From: Deltaproteobacteria bacterium
Lineage (GTDB): Bacteria; Desulfobacterota; Desulfofervidia; Desulfofervidales; DG-60
Reading direction: 5' to 3'
Assembly: GCA_021163945.1 (NCBI GenBank)
Contig: JAGGTC010000162.1
Span: 1 to 32,062, forward strand
Length of the DNA stretch: 32,062 nt
This document shows, piece by piece, positions 15,632 through 25,630 of this stretch; position 1 is the stretch's first letter; the number at the start of each line of letters is the position of its first letter. The notes under the pieces are model-generated. The model made no database searches. It was not told the origin of the DNA and saw only the letters and a program-made list of their open reading frames with translations. The position numbers and the translations under genes were made by a program.

Positions 15632-16718
15632 TATCTTAATTAAGGCAGGTCAATGTATAAAGTGTGGAAGGTGTTTGGCAGTTTGTCCTGTCTATCAAGT
15701 TAGTACCCAAGAGAGGTTCTCCACCCGTGGGAAATTAACCCTAATAACGGCATTTCTAAACAAAGAAATTACTACCTCAGTTGCATTTGAAGAGACAATA
15801 GGTGCCTGTCTTATGTGCAACCAGTGTAATCAGGCGTGCATATTTAATTTAGATGTTCCAAAAATCATTCAAGGGACAAGGAAGATCTTATGGAAACAGA
15901 GGAGGCTTCACCTCAATTACCCATGGATTTTAAACAAGTTTTTGGCAAATTATCAGCGTTTCCACCTAGGCATCTGGCTAAGGCTGGCTGGCCTATTTAA
16001 TCCCTCCCTTGATGTGCCATCTAAACCATTCCTAAGTGGCCGCGTACCCGAAAATCCTAATGCCAAAGTAGCCATTTTCATTGGGTGTGCCATCAATCTC
16101 CTATATCCATACCTTGGAGAGAGAATTATCACCCTATTTGAAAAGATTAAGATTCCCATAACCATCCCTAAGGGACAAACCTGCTGTGGGCTCATGGCCT
16201 ATTCCCTTGGTGATACGCAGACGGCCCAATCTTTGGCCAAGAGAAATGTGCAGATATTTAGATCATTATCTGTGGATTATATCATTGCCCCTTGTGCCTC
16301 TTGTTTCCATCATCTAAAGACCTATGAGGTCTATCAAAAGGCCGGAATAAGCCAAAAGGTAATAGAATTTTCTCAATTTTTATTAAGACAGGATTTAGAG
16401 GTCTCATCTCCCTACAAGGTTACTTGGCATGACCCATGTCACCTAAGATACCATCACAATATTTGGAAGGAGCCACGTGCATTACTCATGAGATTGGGGA
16501 AAAACTTTGTAGAATCAAGCCCCAATGGACAGTGCTGTGGTCAAGGGGGTCCATTTGGCCTTATTCACCCAAAAATCTCAAGGGAGATCTTAAAAAGGCG
16601 CCTGTTAAAGATTGAGGCAAGTGGGGCTGAGGCCGTGGTAACCACATGCATGGGCTGCTTTATACAATTAAAGGAGATTGGGAATAAAAGGGTACTCCAT
16701 ATCTTAGATCTGTTGTAA
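15624..16718 (+). CDS. GlcF-like (Fe-S)-binding protein: two 4Fe-4S motifs plus two CCG domains
   Basis: Motifs CIKCGRCLAVCP and CLMCNQCNQAC are followed by two cysteine-rich CCG-type modules (QTCCGL...APCASC and GQCCGQGG...TTCMGC). The only possible start before the first cluster is the GTG at 15624, which overlaps pilC by 8 nt. No glcD/glcE partner is in the window. Confidence 0.75.
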   Translation: MDDILIKAGQCIKCGRCLAVCPVYQVSTQERFSTRGKLTLITAFLNKEITTSVAFEETIGACLMCNQCNQACIFNLDVPKIIQGTRKILWKQRRLHLNYPWILNKFLANYQRFHLGIWLRLAGLFNPSLDVPSKPFLSGRVPENPNAKVAIFIGCAINLLYPYLGERIITLFEKIKIPITIPKGQTCCGLMAYSLGDTQTAQSLAKRNVQIFRSLSVDYIIAPCASCFHHLKTYEVYQKAGISQKVIEFSQFLLRQDLEVSSPYKVTWHDPCHLRYHHNIWKEPRALLMRLGKNFVESSPNGQCCGQGGPFGLIHPKISREILKRRLLKIEASGAEAVVTTCMGCFIQLKEIGNKRVLHILDLL

Positions 16719-17025
16719 ATTCAAGGGCCAGGCTACTGACCTTCTTTATCTTTGGTTTAGGCGGTAACAACTCGTCTAATAACCTATTTACCTTAATCAG
16801 TATCTCTTTTATGGCCTTAATAACAGCCCTTTTGGCCAAAGGTAGATAAGGGTCCTTCTCTATCTGCTCTAACTTTGATATCCAATCTTTTATTTGACGC
16901 TGCATATCCTTTAGAAACCCCTTCATACCTAGTGGTAGAGGGTGGCCCTCATGGGCAACTGCTGAGGCAACAAAGAATATAAATAATAAAAGAGAGGTAA
17001 GAAAAATAATTTTTCTATTATGCAT
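16660..17025 (-). CDS. hypothetical small exported protein
   Basis: The signal peptide MHNRKIIFLTSLLLFIFFVASAVA is followed by HEGHPLP and a helical, charged body. The ATG lies 3 nt after the purA stop. The 3' end overlaps the convergent Fe-S gene by 59 nt. Confidence 0.5.
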   Translation of the reverse strand: MHNRKIIFLTSLLLFIFFVASAVAHEGHPLPLGMKGFLKDMQRQIKDWISKLEQIEKDPYLPLAKRAVIKAIKEILIKVNRLLDELLPPKPKIKKVSSLALEFTTDLRYGVPFYSQSPLIV

Positions 17026-17028
17026 TTT

Positions 17029-18890
<1,862 letters not shown>

Positions 18891-18913
18891 ACACCCCTCC
18901 TTTCAAACAGCCT

Positions 18914-18942
18914 ATTTTAGCAATTTTAAAAAGTTTGGTCAA
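18914..18942 (-). promoter_or_regulatory. promoter for the DJ-1/purA operon
   Basis: On the minus strand: TTGACC (18942-18937), 17-nt spacer, TAAAAT (18919-18914). An SD-containing leader follows. Confidence 0.5.
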
Positions 18943-18971
18943 TTGACAATCCTTCCTTAATACCGTAAGAT
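18943..18971 (+). promoter_or_regulatory. promoter for the radical SAM/flavodoxin pair (leaderless geometry)
   Basis: TTGACA (18943-18948), 17-nt spacer, TAAGAT (18966-18971), 7 nt, then the ATG at 18979. There is no SD. Confidence 0.5.
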
Positions 18972-18978
18972 AAATTAG

Positions 18979-20310
18979 ATGTATTTAAGATTCTTTGCAA
19001 AAGAGACAAATGACCCCTTACACTATGCATTTGATAAAAAGATAGCCGTCCATCCCATGGCCAGAGGGGAACCAATCCCAGCACATAAGGCCCAAGAAAT
19101 TTGGAAAGGCATCATGGAAAAAGAAGGGGGTTATGGAAAAAGGGCTGCCTATTTCCATATCCCATTTTGTGAGACACATTGTCTTTATTGTGGATTCTAT
19201 CAAAATGCCTATAGACCTGAGGAGGCAGAAAAATATGTAAATTATCTTATAAGAGAATTGGAGATGATAGCCAACTGCCCATTTATTAAGGCCCATCCCT
19301 TCCATGCCATCTATCTAGGAGGTGGTACACCTACTGCCTTACCTGCAAGTGATATCTTTCGGATCCTAAAGACTATTAGGGATATACTGCCCTTGGCCAA
19401 TGACTGTGAGATCACATTAGAGGGGAGGATCTATAATTTTGGTGATGAAAAGATATTTGCCTCTATAGAGGGTGGTGTAAATAGGATCTCTATTGGGGTT
19501 CAGAGTTTTGATACATTTGTAAGGAGGCGTGTAGGGAGGATAGAGGAAAAGGAAGGGATTATAGAACGCCTCAAATTTATAAATAGTCTAGACCAAGCAG
19601 CCGTTATTATAGACCTGATTTATGGTCTGCCATATCAGACTATAGAGATATGGGAAAGTGATGTAAGGCAATATATAGAGCTAGGTTTAGATGGTGTGGA
19701 TCTATACCAACTCAATATCTATAAAGGTGGGAGATTGGAGCAGGCTGTAAAAAATAAAAAGATTGAAAAACCCGCAGATATCCCCACACAAGCAGACATG
19801 TTTGCCAAGGGTGTAGAGATTATGAAAAGGGCTAGATATATTAGGCTCTCTCAAAGCCATTGGGCAAGGAGCACTAGAGAGAGAAATATTTATAATAGCC
19901 TTGTAAGAAAGGATAGCATTTGCATCCCATTTGGCTCAGGGGCAGCAGGTTGGCTGAGTGGCTATTTCTTTTACCAAGAAAACCGGCTCTCTAACTACTA
20001 TCAGATGATAGATGCTGCAAAAAAGCCTATTATAATGGGTATGAAAAGGCACCCATACCATGGACTTTTCAAAAATATAGAAGAGGGCCTTGAAAGTGGC
20101 ACTCTTGATCTTGAGCTACTAAGTCAAAGGTACAACCTTGATTTAAGACATATCTTTTCCCCACTATTTAAGCAATGGGAGGAGGTAGGGCTGATAAGGA
20201 TTAAGGATGGATTGTGTGAATTGACACTGGCAGGTGAATTTTGGTATGTAAACCTATGTCAGTTAATGATTGATTACTTCCAAGAAATATCTAAGAAAAG
20301 ATTGCAGTAA
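18979..20310 (+). CDS. HemN-family radical SAM enzyme, ChuW/HutW-like (anaerobic heme-degrading methyltransferase) or a coproporphyrinogen-III dehydrogenase relative
   Basis: The CxxxCxxC cluster sits in YFHIPFCETHCLYCGFYQN, with AIYLGGGTPTAL and a HemN_C-like C-terminus. The product is 443 aa and has a ~55-aa N-terminal extension (AVHPMARGEPIPAHKAQEIW). Confidence 0.7.
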   Translation: MYLRFFAKETNDPLHYAFDKKIAVHPMARGEPIPAHKAQEIWKGIMEKEGGYGKRAAYFHIPFCETHCLYCGFYQNAYRPEEAEKYVNYLIRELEMIANCPFIKAHPFHAIYLGGGTPTALPASDIFRILKTIRDILPLANDCEITLEGRIYNFGDEKIFASIEGGVNRISIGVQSFDTFVRRRVGRIEEKEGIIERLKFINSLDQAAVIIDLIYGLPYQTIEIWESDVRQYIELGLDGVDLYQLNIYKGGRLEQAVKNKKIEKPADIPTQADMFAKGVEIMKRARYIRLSQSHWARSTRERNIYNSLVRKDSICIPFGSGAAGWLSGYFFYQENRLSNYYQMIDAAKKPIIMGMKRHPYHGLFKNIEEGLESGTLDLELLSQRYNLDLRHIFSPLFKQWEEVGLIRIKDGLCELTLAGEFWYVNLCQLMIDYFQEISKKRLQ

Positions 20311-20315
20311 CTGAT

Positions 20316-20861
20316 ATGAAGACACTCATTGTCTATGGTAGCAAGTATGGTTCTACTAAGGCAATTGCTCACTGGATAGCAGAAAGGCTTAATTTTAAAA
20401 CCACTATCAGGGATGTAAAGGAGGCGCCATCGCCCGATGCATTTGATTTAATCATTATTGGCTCAGCGGTCTATACAGGGGGGATCATGCCAGAGGTAAG
20501 ATGCTACATTGATAAATATCTGGATGTCTTGGAGAAGAAGGTGGTAGCACTCTATGCTGTCTGCTTGGATACACAAGGTGTCTATTTAAAGGGAAAGGTC
20601 CATGGGGGTTGGGAATACCTCATGCCCCTTATTAAAAAATTTAAGAACCCACCCTTACACGCAGCCCTCCTACATGGGGAAATAAACCCCAATAAACTCG
20701 ATAAAGAAGATTATCAAAGGCTTATGTATTTTTATAACAAGGTTCTACACCGAGACTATGCCAAGGTCCCTTATAAGACAAAAATGAATAAAGAAGAGGT
20801 TTGGGCCTTTGCAGAAAAGATCCTCTCCCGCCTAGAGGGAAATCAGATTAAGGGAAGGTAG
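20316..20861 (+). CDS. HemG-type (Flavodoxin_5-like) long flavodoxin
   Basis: The FMN-binding N-terminus is MKTLIVYGSKYGSTK. The product is 181 aa and has a long C-terminal insertion arranged as in E. coli HemG. The gene starts 5 nt after the radical SAM gene. Confidence 0.7.
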   Translation: MKTLIVYGSKYGSTKAIAHWIAERLNFKTTIRDVKEAPSPDAFDLIIIGSAVYTGGIMPEVRCYIDKYLDVLEKKVVALYAVCLDTQGVYLKGKVHGGWEYLMPLIKKFKNPPLHAALLHGEINPNKLDKEDYQRLMYFYNKVLHRDYAKVPYKTKMNKEEVWAFAEKILSRLEGNQIKGR

Positions 20862-21444
20862 ATATGACCTTATATCCCCGTTTTTTTAAGGCCTCTACTA
20901 CTGGCTCTAGTTTGCACTTCTCTAAACGAAATGAATAGACAGTCTCATTCTCATTAGAGGTAATGCCTAAACTTATAATCTTTGCATTATGGCAAATAAT
21001 ATTATAAACCTCTTCAAAGGAGGCAGGAAAGTCACCAATTGCCACATCCAGACGGGAACCTGCTGTCAAAATGCCCATCATCTCAATAAATGCCCTTAAT
21101 ATGTCAATAGTTGTTATAATACCTACAAGCCTACCCTTTTCTACTACAGGCAGTCCCCCAATCTTATAGTAATAGACTAGTTTTGCTGCTGTCTCTATGT
21201 CTGCCTGGGGGGATATTGTGATAGGGTCACTTATCATTACATCTTTTACCTTTATCTCTTCCAACATTGATGGGATAAGTAACTGCCGTAGGTCCCCCTC
21301 TGTCACAAACCCCAAAAAGTGGTCATCTTCCACTACTGGGAGGTGCCTAATGGAGTGTTCCTTCATAAGCCGGATGGCCTCTTTGATGTCTGTTTCCTTC
21401 CCTACTGTAATTACATTCTTGGTCATCCACTTCTCAACTAACAT
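20848..21444 (-). CDS. CBS-pair plus ACT-like domain protein (AcuB-like)
   Basis: Two CBS repeats are present (MTKNVITV...HLPVVEDD and VMISDPITI...GGLPVVEKGRLVGIIT). The C-terminal ~70 aa is ACT-like. The 3' end overlaps the flavodoxin gene by 14 nt (convergent). Confidence 0.8.
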   Translation of the reverse strand: MLVEKWMTKNVITVGKETDIKEAIRLMKEHSIRHLPVVEDDHFLGFVTEGDLRQLLIPSMLEEIKVKDVMISDPITISPQADIETAAKLVYYYKIGGLPVVEKGRLVGIITTIDILRAFIEMMGILTAGSRLDVAIGDFPASFEEVYNIICHNAKIISLGITSNENETVYSFRLEKCKLEPVVEALKKRGYKVISTFP

Positions 21445-21498
21445 CCCTTTCTCCTATTCGAATTTTAACATTGTCTCTTGTATTGTCAATAAGCAAAT

Positions 21499-22137
21499 TC
21501 AATCTCCCTCTTCAGTTATCTTTAGCCTATTTAATTGTGAAGGGGACAAGGGATTTATAGGTGAGATTACCCTAGCTGCCCAGCAAATTTGGGCCATGTG
21601 TTCTAGGCTATCCATGAGATTAAAGGCCTCATTTAAGTCCTTGCCCAAGGTAACAGCCCCATGTCTTTCAAGTATTATTGTCCGACACCTGGGTAGAAGG
21701 GAAATCAAGCTCTCTGCCACTTCACTGGTACCTGGAGTACTATATGGGGCTACCCCTATAGGGGATAGGATAGCGGCCTCTGGCAAATAGGGATAATCTA
21801 GGCGGAAGCCTACTAAGGTCAGTGCTATAGTAAATGAGGGGTGGGCGTGGATTATGGCATTTATCTTAGGACAGTGTTGATAAATGACAACATGCATGGC
21901 CGATTCTATGCTTGGTTGCCCATTTCCCTCTATTACCTCCCCATATTGGTTAATGACAATTAGATCCTCTTTCTTTAGCATACCTTTATTTACGCCTGTA
22001 GGGGTTATCAAAAGGCGATTCCTTTCTAATCTGACGCTAAGATTACCCTCAGTTCCAGCAATCAGACCCCTTTCAAACAATCTTTTGGCTATTCTGGCCA
22101 TATCTTCTCTTATCTGGTTTAGTGTCTCCTCACTCAT
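21499..22137 (-). CDS. class II aldolase/adducin-domain protein (FucA/MtnB/AraD-like)
   Basis: Motifs GTEGNLSVR, the metal-binding IIHAHP and ERHGAVTLG are present. The product is 212 aa. Confidence 0.8.
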   Translation of the reverse strand: MSEETLNQIREDMARIAKRLFERGLIAGTEGNLSVRLERNRLLITPTGVNKGMLKKEDLIVINQYGEVIEGNGQPSIESAMHVVIYQHCPKINAIIHAHPSFTIALTLVGFRLDYPYLPEAAILSPIGVAPYSTPGTSEVAESLISLLPRCRTIILERHGAVTLGKDLNEAFNLMDSLEHMAQICWAARVISPINPLSPSQLNRLKITEEGD

Positions 22138-22753
22138 CTAAATTATCCTTTGGGTCTGGCCCATTGGTTAGACTCAGCTTCCCCCAAACATAATGAATCC
22201 TCTGAAATACCGTAATGTTACTCAATATTGCAAGCAGTGGCAATATATAATGCATGATACCAAACAAGGCACCTATTCCTAATAAAATGATACGTTCTGG
22301 CCTCTCGATCCACCCTACATTACACTTATATGGCAAAAAGACCTCTGCCCTTGCCCTCACATATGATGTAAGCAAACTACCTGCAATGACTGCCAAGGTG
22401 CAGAGGAATAAAAAGAGGTTTCTGCTGTGATAATAATAAAGACATAGGGCAAATAAAAACAACATATCTGCATATCTGTCAATGACTGAATCCAAAAAAC
22501 CCCCAAAGGTAGAGACCTTCCCACTTGTGCGGGCTATGGCCCCATCTGCCATATCAAAGAATCCAGCAAGGAATATAAAGACACCACCAAGGGAAAAATG
22601 TCCAATTGCCAAGAAGATACTAGCAATACATGTAACAGCCAGCCCTGAAATGGTGTATGTATTGGGGCTAATACGCCTTGGCAAGAGTTTAACAACATAT
22701 TTATCAAATTTGCCACTCAATCTAGCACTAAGCATATAACTAATATCTATCAC
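22130..22753 (-). CDS. CDP-alcohol phosphatidyltransferase family protein (small, about 6 TM)
   Basis: The signature D-x2-DG-x2-AR-x8-G-x3-D-x3-D is read as FFDMADGAIARTSGKVSTFGGFLDSVIDRYAD. The start is either the GTG at 22753 or the ATG 6 codons downstream. The gene overlaps the aldolase-like gene by 8 nt. Confidence 0.85.
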   Translation of the reverse strand: MIDISYMLSARLSGKFDKYVVKLLPRRISPNTYTISGLAVTCIASIFLAIGHFSLGGVFIFLAGFFDMADGAIARTSGKVSTFGGFLDSVIDRYADMLFLFALCLYYYHSRNLFLFLCTLAVIAGSLLTSYVRARAEVFLPYKCNVGWIERPERIILLGIGALFGIMHYILPLLAILSNITVFQRIHYVWGKLSLTNGPDPKDNLDE

Positions 22754-22796
22754 AATCTTAAGGGTAAATAAAGGGGTAGAAAATCAAGACAAATTT

Positions 22797-22824
22797 TTGA
22801 CATTTGGATTTTTTTGTGTATCTT
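22797..22824 (+). promoter_or_regulatory. candidate promoter for the pepP-purC operon
   Basis: TTGACA (22797-22802), 16-nt spacer, TATCTT (22819-22824), 10 nt, then the ATG at 22835. There is no SD. Confidence 0.3.
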
Positions 22825-22834
22825 TTATTATAAA

Positions 22835-23875
22835 ATGCGGCTAAAGAGATTGAGGAAGATAATATTAGAAAATAACTTGGGGACAATCCTTATCTCCCAC
22901 CCAGCCAACCGACGTTATCTAAGCGGATTTAGGGCAGAGGACCCACAAATAGGAGAGAGTGCTGGCTATTTGGCAATCTCTCAGGAAAGGGCCATTTTGC
23001 TTACGGATCCACGGTATGCAGAGTTGGCAAAGAGGGAGACAGATTGGGAGGTAAGGGTATATAAAAGTGATTTTTTAAAGGAGATGAAGAAATTACTTGA
23101 GGAGTTGCCAAGGCCCATTGGCTTTGAGGCCCGACACCTTACCTATAGGCTTTATCAAAGGCTGAGTGAATCTGTAGAGATGGTGCCAACCGAAAATGTG
23201 GTAGAGACATTGCGTAAGATAAAGGATGAAGAGGAGATTGAGGCCATAAAGACGGCACTTTCCATTACCAAAAACGTATTTATGGAATTGGAGAGATTCT
23301 TAAGGCCTGGCAAGACAGAAAGGGAGATAGCCTGGTGGATAGAGGAGAGGATAAGGAAGGAGTACAAAGCAGAATTGGCCTTTAGCCCTATTGTGGCCTC
23401 TGGTGCCAATGCAGCTATCCCCCACGCCACACCATCTGAAAGGCCCATCAAGGAGCATGAGCCTATCATCATAGACCTTGGTGCCAAGTGGGATGGATAC
23501 TGCTCAGACATGACAAGGACATTTTACTTAGGGGAAAAGGATGAAACATTTAAAAGGATATATAATCTAGTACATGATGCACAAAGTTTGGTGTTTTCCA
23601 AAATCTGTGCTGGGGTGATGACAAATGAGGCAGATGCAATTGCAAGGGAATTTTTTGAGAGGCATGGTTATAAAGACGAATTTGCCCACTCTTTGGGACA
23701 TGGGGTGGGGCTATTAGTGCACGAGGCCCCTAGTCTAAGCCCAAAGGAACCATATGAGAAACTTAGCGAGAACATGATAGTCACAGTGGAGCCTGGCCTT
23801 TACCTAAAGGGCTGGGGCGGGGTAAGATTAGAAGATATGGTTTTAATAAAGAAGGATAAAGGCATTATCTTATAG
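22835..23875 (+). CDS. pepP: Xaa-Pro aminopeptidase/dipeptidase (M24B)
   Basis: A creatinase-like N-terminal domain is followed by an M24 catalytic domain (DLGAKWDGYCSDMTRT, HSLGHGVGL, VEPGLY, RLEDMV). The ORF-track start at 22814 is a GTG. The ATG at 22835 (MRLKRLRKII) fits the family N-terminus. Confidence 0.88.
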   Translation: MRLKRLRKIILENNLGTILISHPANRRYLSGFRAEDPQIGESAGYLAISQERAILLTDPRYAELAKRETDWEVRVYKSDFLKEMKKLLEELPRPIGFEARHLTYRLYQRLSESVEMVPTENVVETLRKIKDEEEIEAIKTALSITKNVFMELERFLRPGKTEREIAWWIEERIRKEYKAELAFSPIVASGANAAIPHATPSERPIKEHEPIIIDLGAKWDGYCSDMTRTFYLGEKDETFKRIYNLVHDAQSLVFSKICAGVMTNEADAIAREFFERHGYKDEFAHSLGHGVGLLVHEAPSLSPKEPYEKLSENMIVTVEPGLYLKGWGGVRLEDMVLIKKDKGIIL

Positions 23876-23876
23876 G

Positions 23877-24761
23877 ATGAGGGTATTTGTCACTGGTGGT
23901 ACAGGTTTTGTAGGAAATTATGTGGTAGAGGCCCTTCTAGAGGAGGGCCATCAAGTAAGATGTTTGGTAAGACCTGGATCAGAGAAAAAGCTGCGTGCTA
24001 TTAAAGATGTAGAAATTGTTTATGGCAATATATTAGAAAGGCAGTTAAAAGATAAGATAAAGGGCTGCGATGCAATTGTCCACCTTGTGGGGATTATTAG
24101 AGAGTTTCCCAAAGAGGGGATAACCTTTAAGAAATTGCACTATGAGGCCACAGTAAATGTAGTTGAGGCAGCAAAGGCAGCCTCTGTAAAAAGGTTTATC
24201 CATATGAGTGCATTGGGGGCAAGCATAGAGGGGAAGACTGCCTATTTTCGGACAAAGGCCCAGGCAGAGGCCTATGTGAGGGAAAGTGGTTTAACATATA
24301 CTATTTTTAGACCATCAGTAATTTATGGACCACATGACCACTTTATCACCATGCTTTCAGATATAATAAGGTGGTCTCCAGTAATCCTTGTAATTGGCTC
24401 TGGGCGTTACAGGCTTCAACCCGTCCATGTAAAGACAGTAGCAAAGGGTTTTGCCCTCTCACTAAGCCTGCCCAATACACAGAACCAGACATATGAGGTT
24501 GGAGGTCCAGAACCACTTGAATATAACAAAATTTTGGATATTATTGCAAAGGCCTTGGGGAAAAAGTTTCTGTGGAAGATACATGTACCAGTGAGCCTGG
24601 TTATGTCTATGACCTATATCCTTCAAGGTATCTCAGTCTATCCATTGACTACTGAGATGATTACCATGCTCTTGGAGGAGAGCGTTGTCTCAGATGAAGG
24701 CTTTTATGAGGCATTTCCAATAAGGCCTATCAAATTTGAGGAAGGGGTTGATTACCTATGA
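23877..24761 (+). CDS. NAD(P)-binding Rossmann protein (atypical SDR / NDUFA9-like epimerase family)
   Basis: The N-terminus is VTGGTGFVGNYV and the product is 294 aa. Its end overlaps the purC start (ATGA). Confidence 0.8.
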   Translation: MRVFVTGGTGFVGNYVVEALLEEGHQVRCLVRPGSEKKLRAIKDVEIVYGNILERQLKDKIKGCDAIVHLVGIIREFPKEGITFKKLHYEATVNVVEAAKAASVKRFIHMSALGASIEGKTAYFRTKAQAEAYVRESGLTYTIFRPSVIYGPHDHFITMLSDIIRWSPVILVIGSGRYRLQPVHVKTVAKGFALSLSLPNTQNQTYEVGGPEPLEYNKILDIIAKALGKKFLWKIHVPVSLVMSMTYILQGISVYPLTTEMITMLLEESVVSDEGFYEAFPIRPIKFEEGVDYL

Positions 24762-25630
24762 TTGTCTATGAGACAAAATTTTCAGACTTGGGGAAGGGGT
24801 ATAGGGGGAAGGTAAGGGATATATATGACTTTGGAAGGTACCTTCTGTTGGTAACCACAGATAGGGTATCTGCCTTTGATGCAGTCATGCCTGACCCTAT
24901 CCCTGATAAGGGTTTTATCCTAAACCAGATCTCTCTCTATTGGTTTAAGAAAGAGAATAACGTTCCAAACCACATAATCACGGCTGAAGTAAGTGAATTT
25001 CCGCCTGCTTGTCAAAAATATGCCCCTATATTAGAGGGAAGGAGTGTCTTGGTCAAAAAGGCAAATCCCTTACCCATAGAGTGCATTGTCAGGGGTTATC
25101 TCACAGGCTCTGCCTTAAAGGAATATAAGGAAACAGGGAGGGTCTGCGATTATAGGCTGCCACCTGGCCTAGTGGAAGGGGATGCCCTGCCTGAGCCCCT
25201 GTTTACACCCGCTACCAAGGCAAGGCAGGGCCATGATGTAAATATTACCTATAAAGAGATGGTAGAAATTTTGGCAGACAGAAAGCTATCTGAAAAGATC
25301 AGAGACTTAAGCATCCTTATTTATAAGAATGCATCAAAGATTGCCCTTAAAAAGGGTATTATCATTGCTGATACAAAATTTGAGTTTGGTTTGGTAGATG
25401 GTGAGCTCACCTTGATAGACGAATTGATCACACCTGATTCCTCTCGTTTTTGGCCTTTAGAGACATATAGTCCGGGTGGCCCTCAAGAAAGCTTAGATAA
25501 ACAATATTTACGTAATTATCTTATATCAACAGGATGGAACAAAAATCCACCTGCCCCAAAGTTACCAAAGGAAATAATTGTTAATCTCAGAAAAAGGTAC
25601 TTTGAGGTAATGAATAGGCTCTTAAAATAA
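24758..25630 (+). CDS. purC: phosphoribosylaminoimidazole-succinocarboxamide (SAICAR) synthase
   Basis: Motifs GKVRDIYD, TDRVSAFD and ADTKFEFG are present. This is the long (~290 aa) form. Confidence 0.93.
   Translation: MIVYETKFSDLGKGYRGKVRDIYDFGRYLLLVTTDRVSAFDAVMPDPIPDKGFILNQISLYWFKKENNVPNHIITAEVSEFPPACQKYAPILEGRSVLVKKANPLPIECIVRGYLTGSALKEYKETGRVCDYRLPPGLVEGDALPEPLFTPATKARQGHDVNITYKEMVEILADRKLSEKIRDLSILIYKNASKIALKKGIIIADTKFEFGLVDGELTLIDELITPDSSRFWPLETYSPGGPQESLDKQYLRNYLISTGWNKNPPAPKLPKEIIVNLRKRYFEVMNRLLK

Noticed and set aside
21197-21790. A 197-aa plus-strand ORF spanning the CBS-ACT and aldolase-like genes.
   Set aside because: It is antisense to two recognisable minus-strand genes and crosses their intergenic gap. 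It has no motifs and a Ser/Ile-rich shadow-frame composition.
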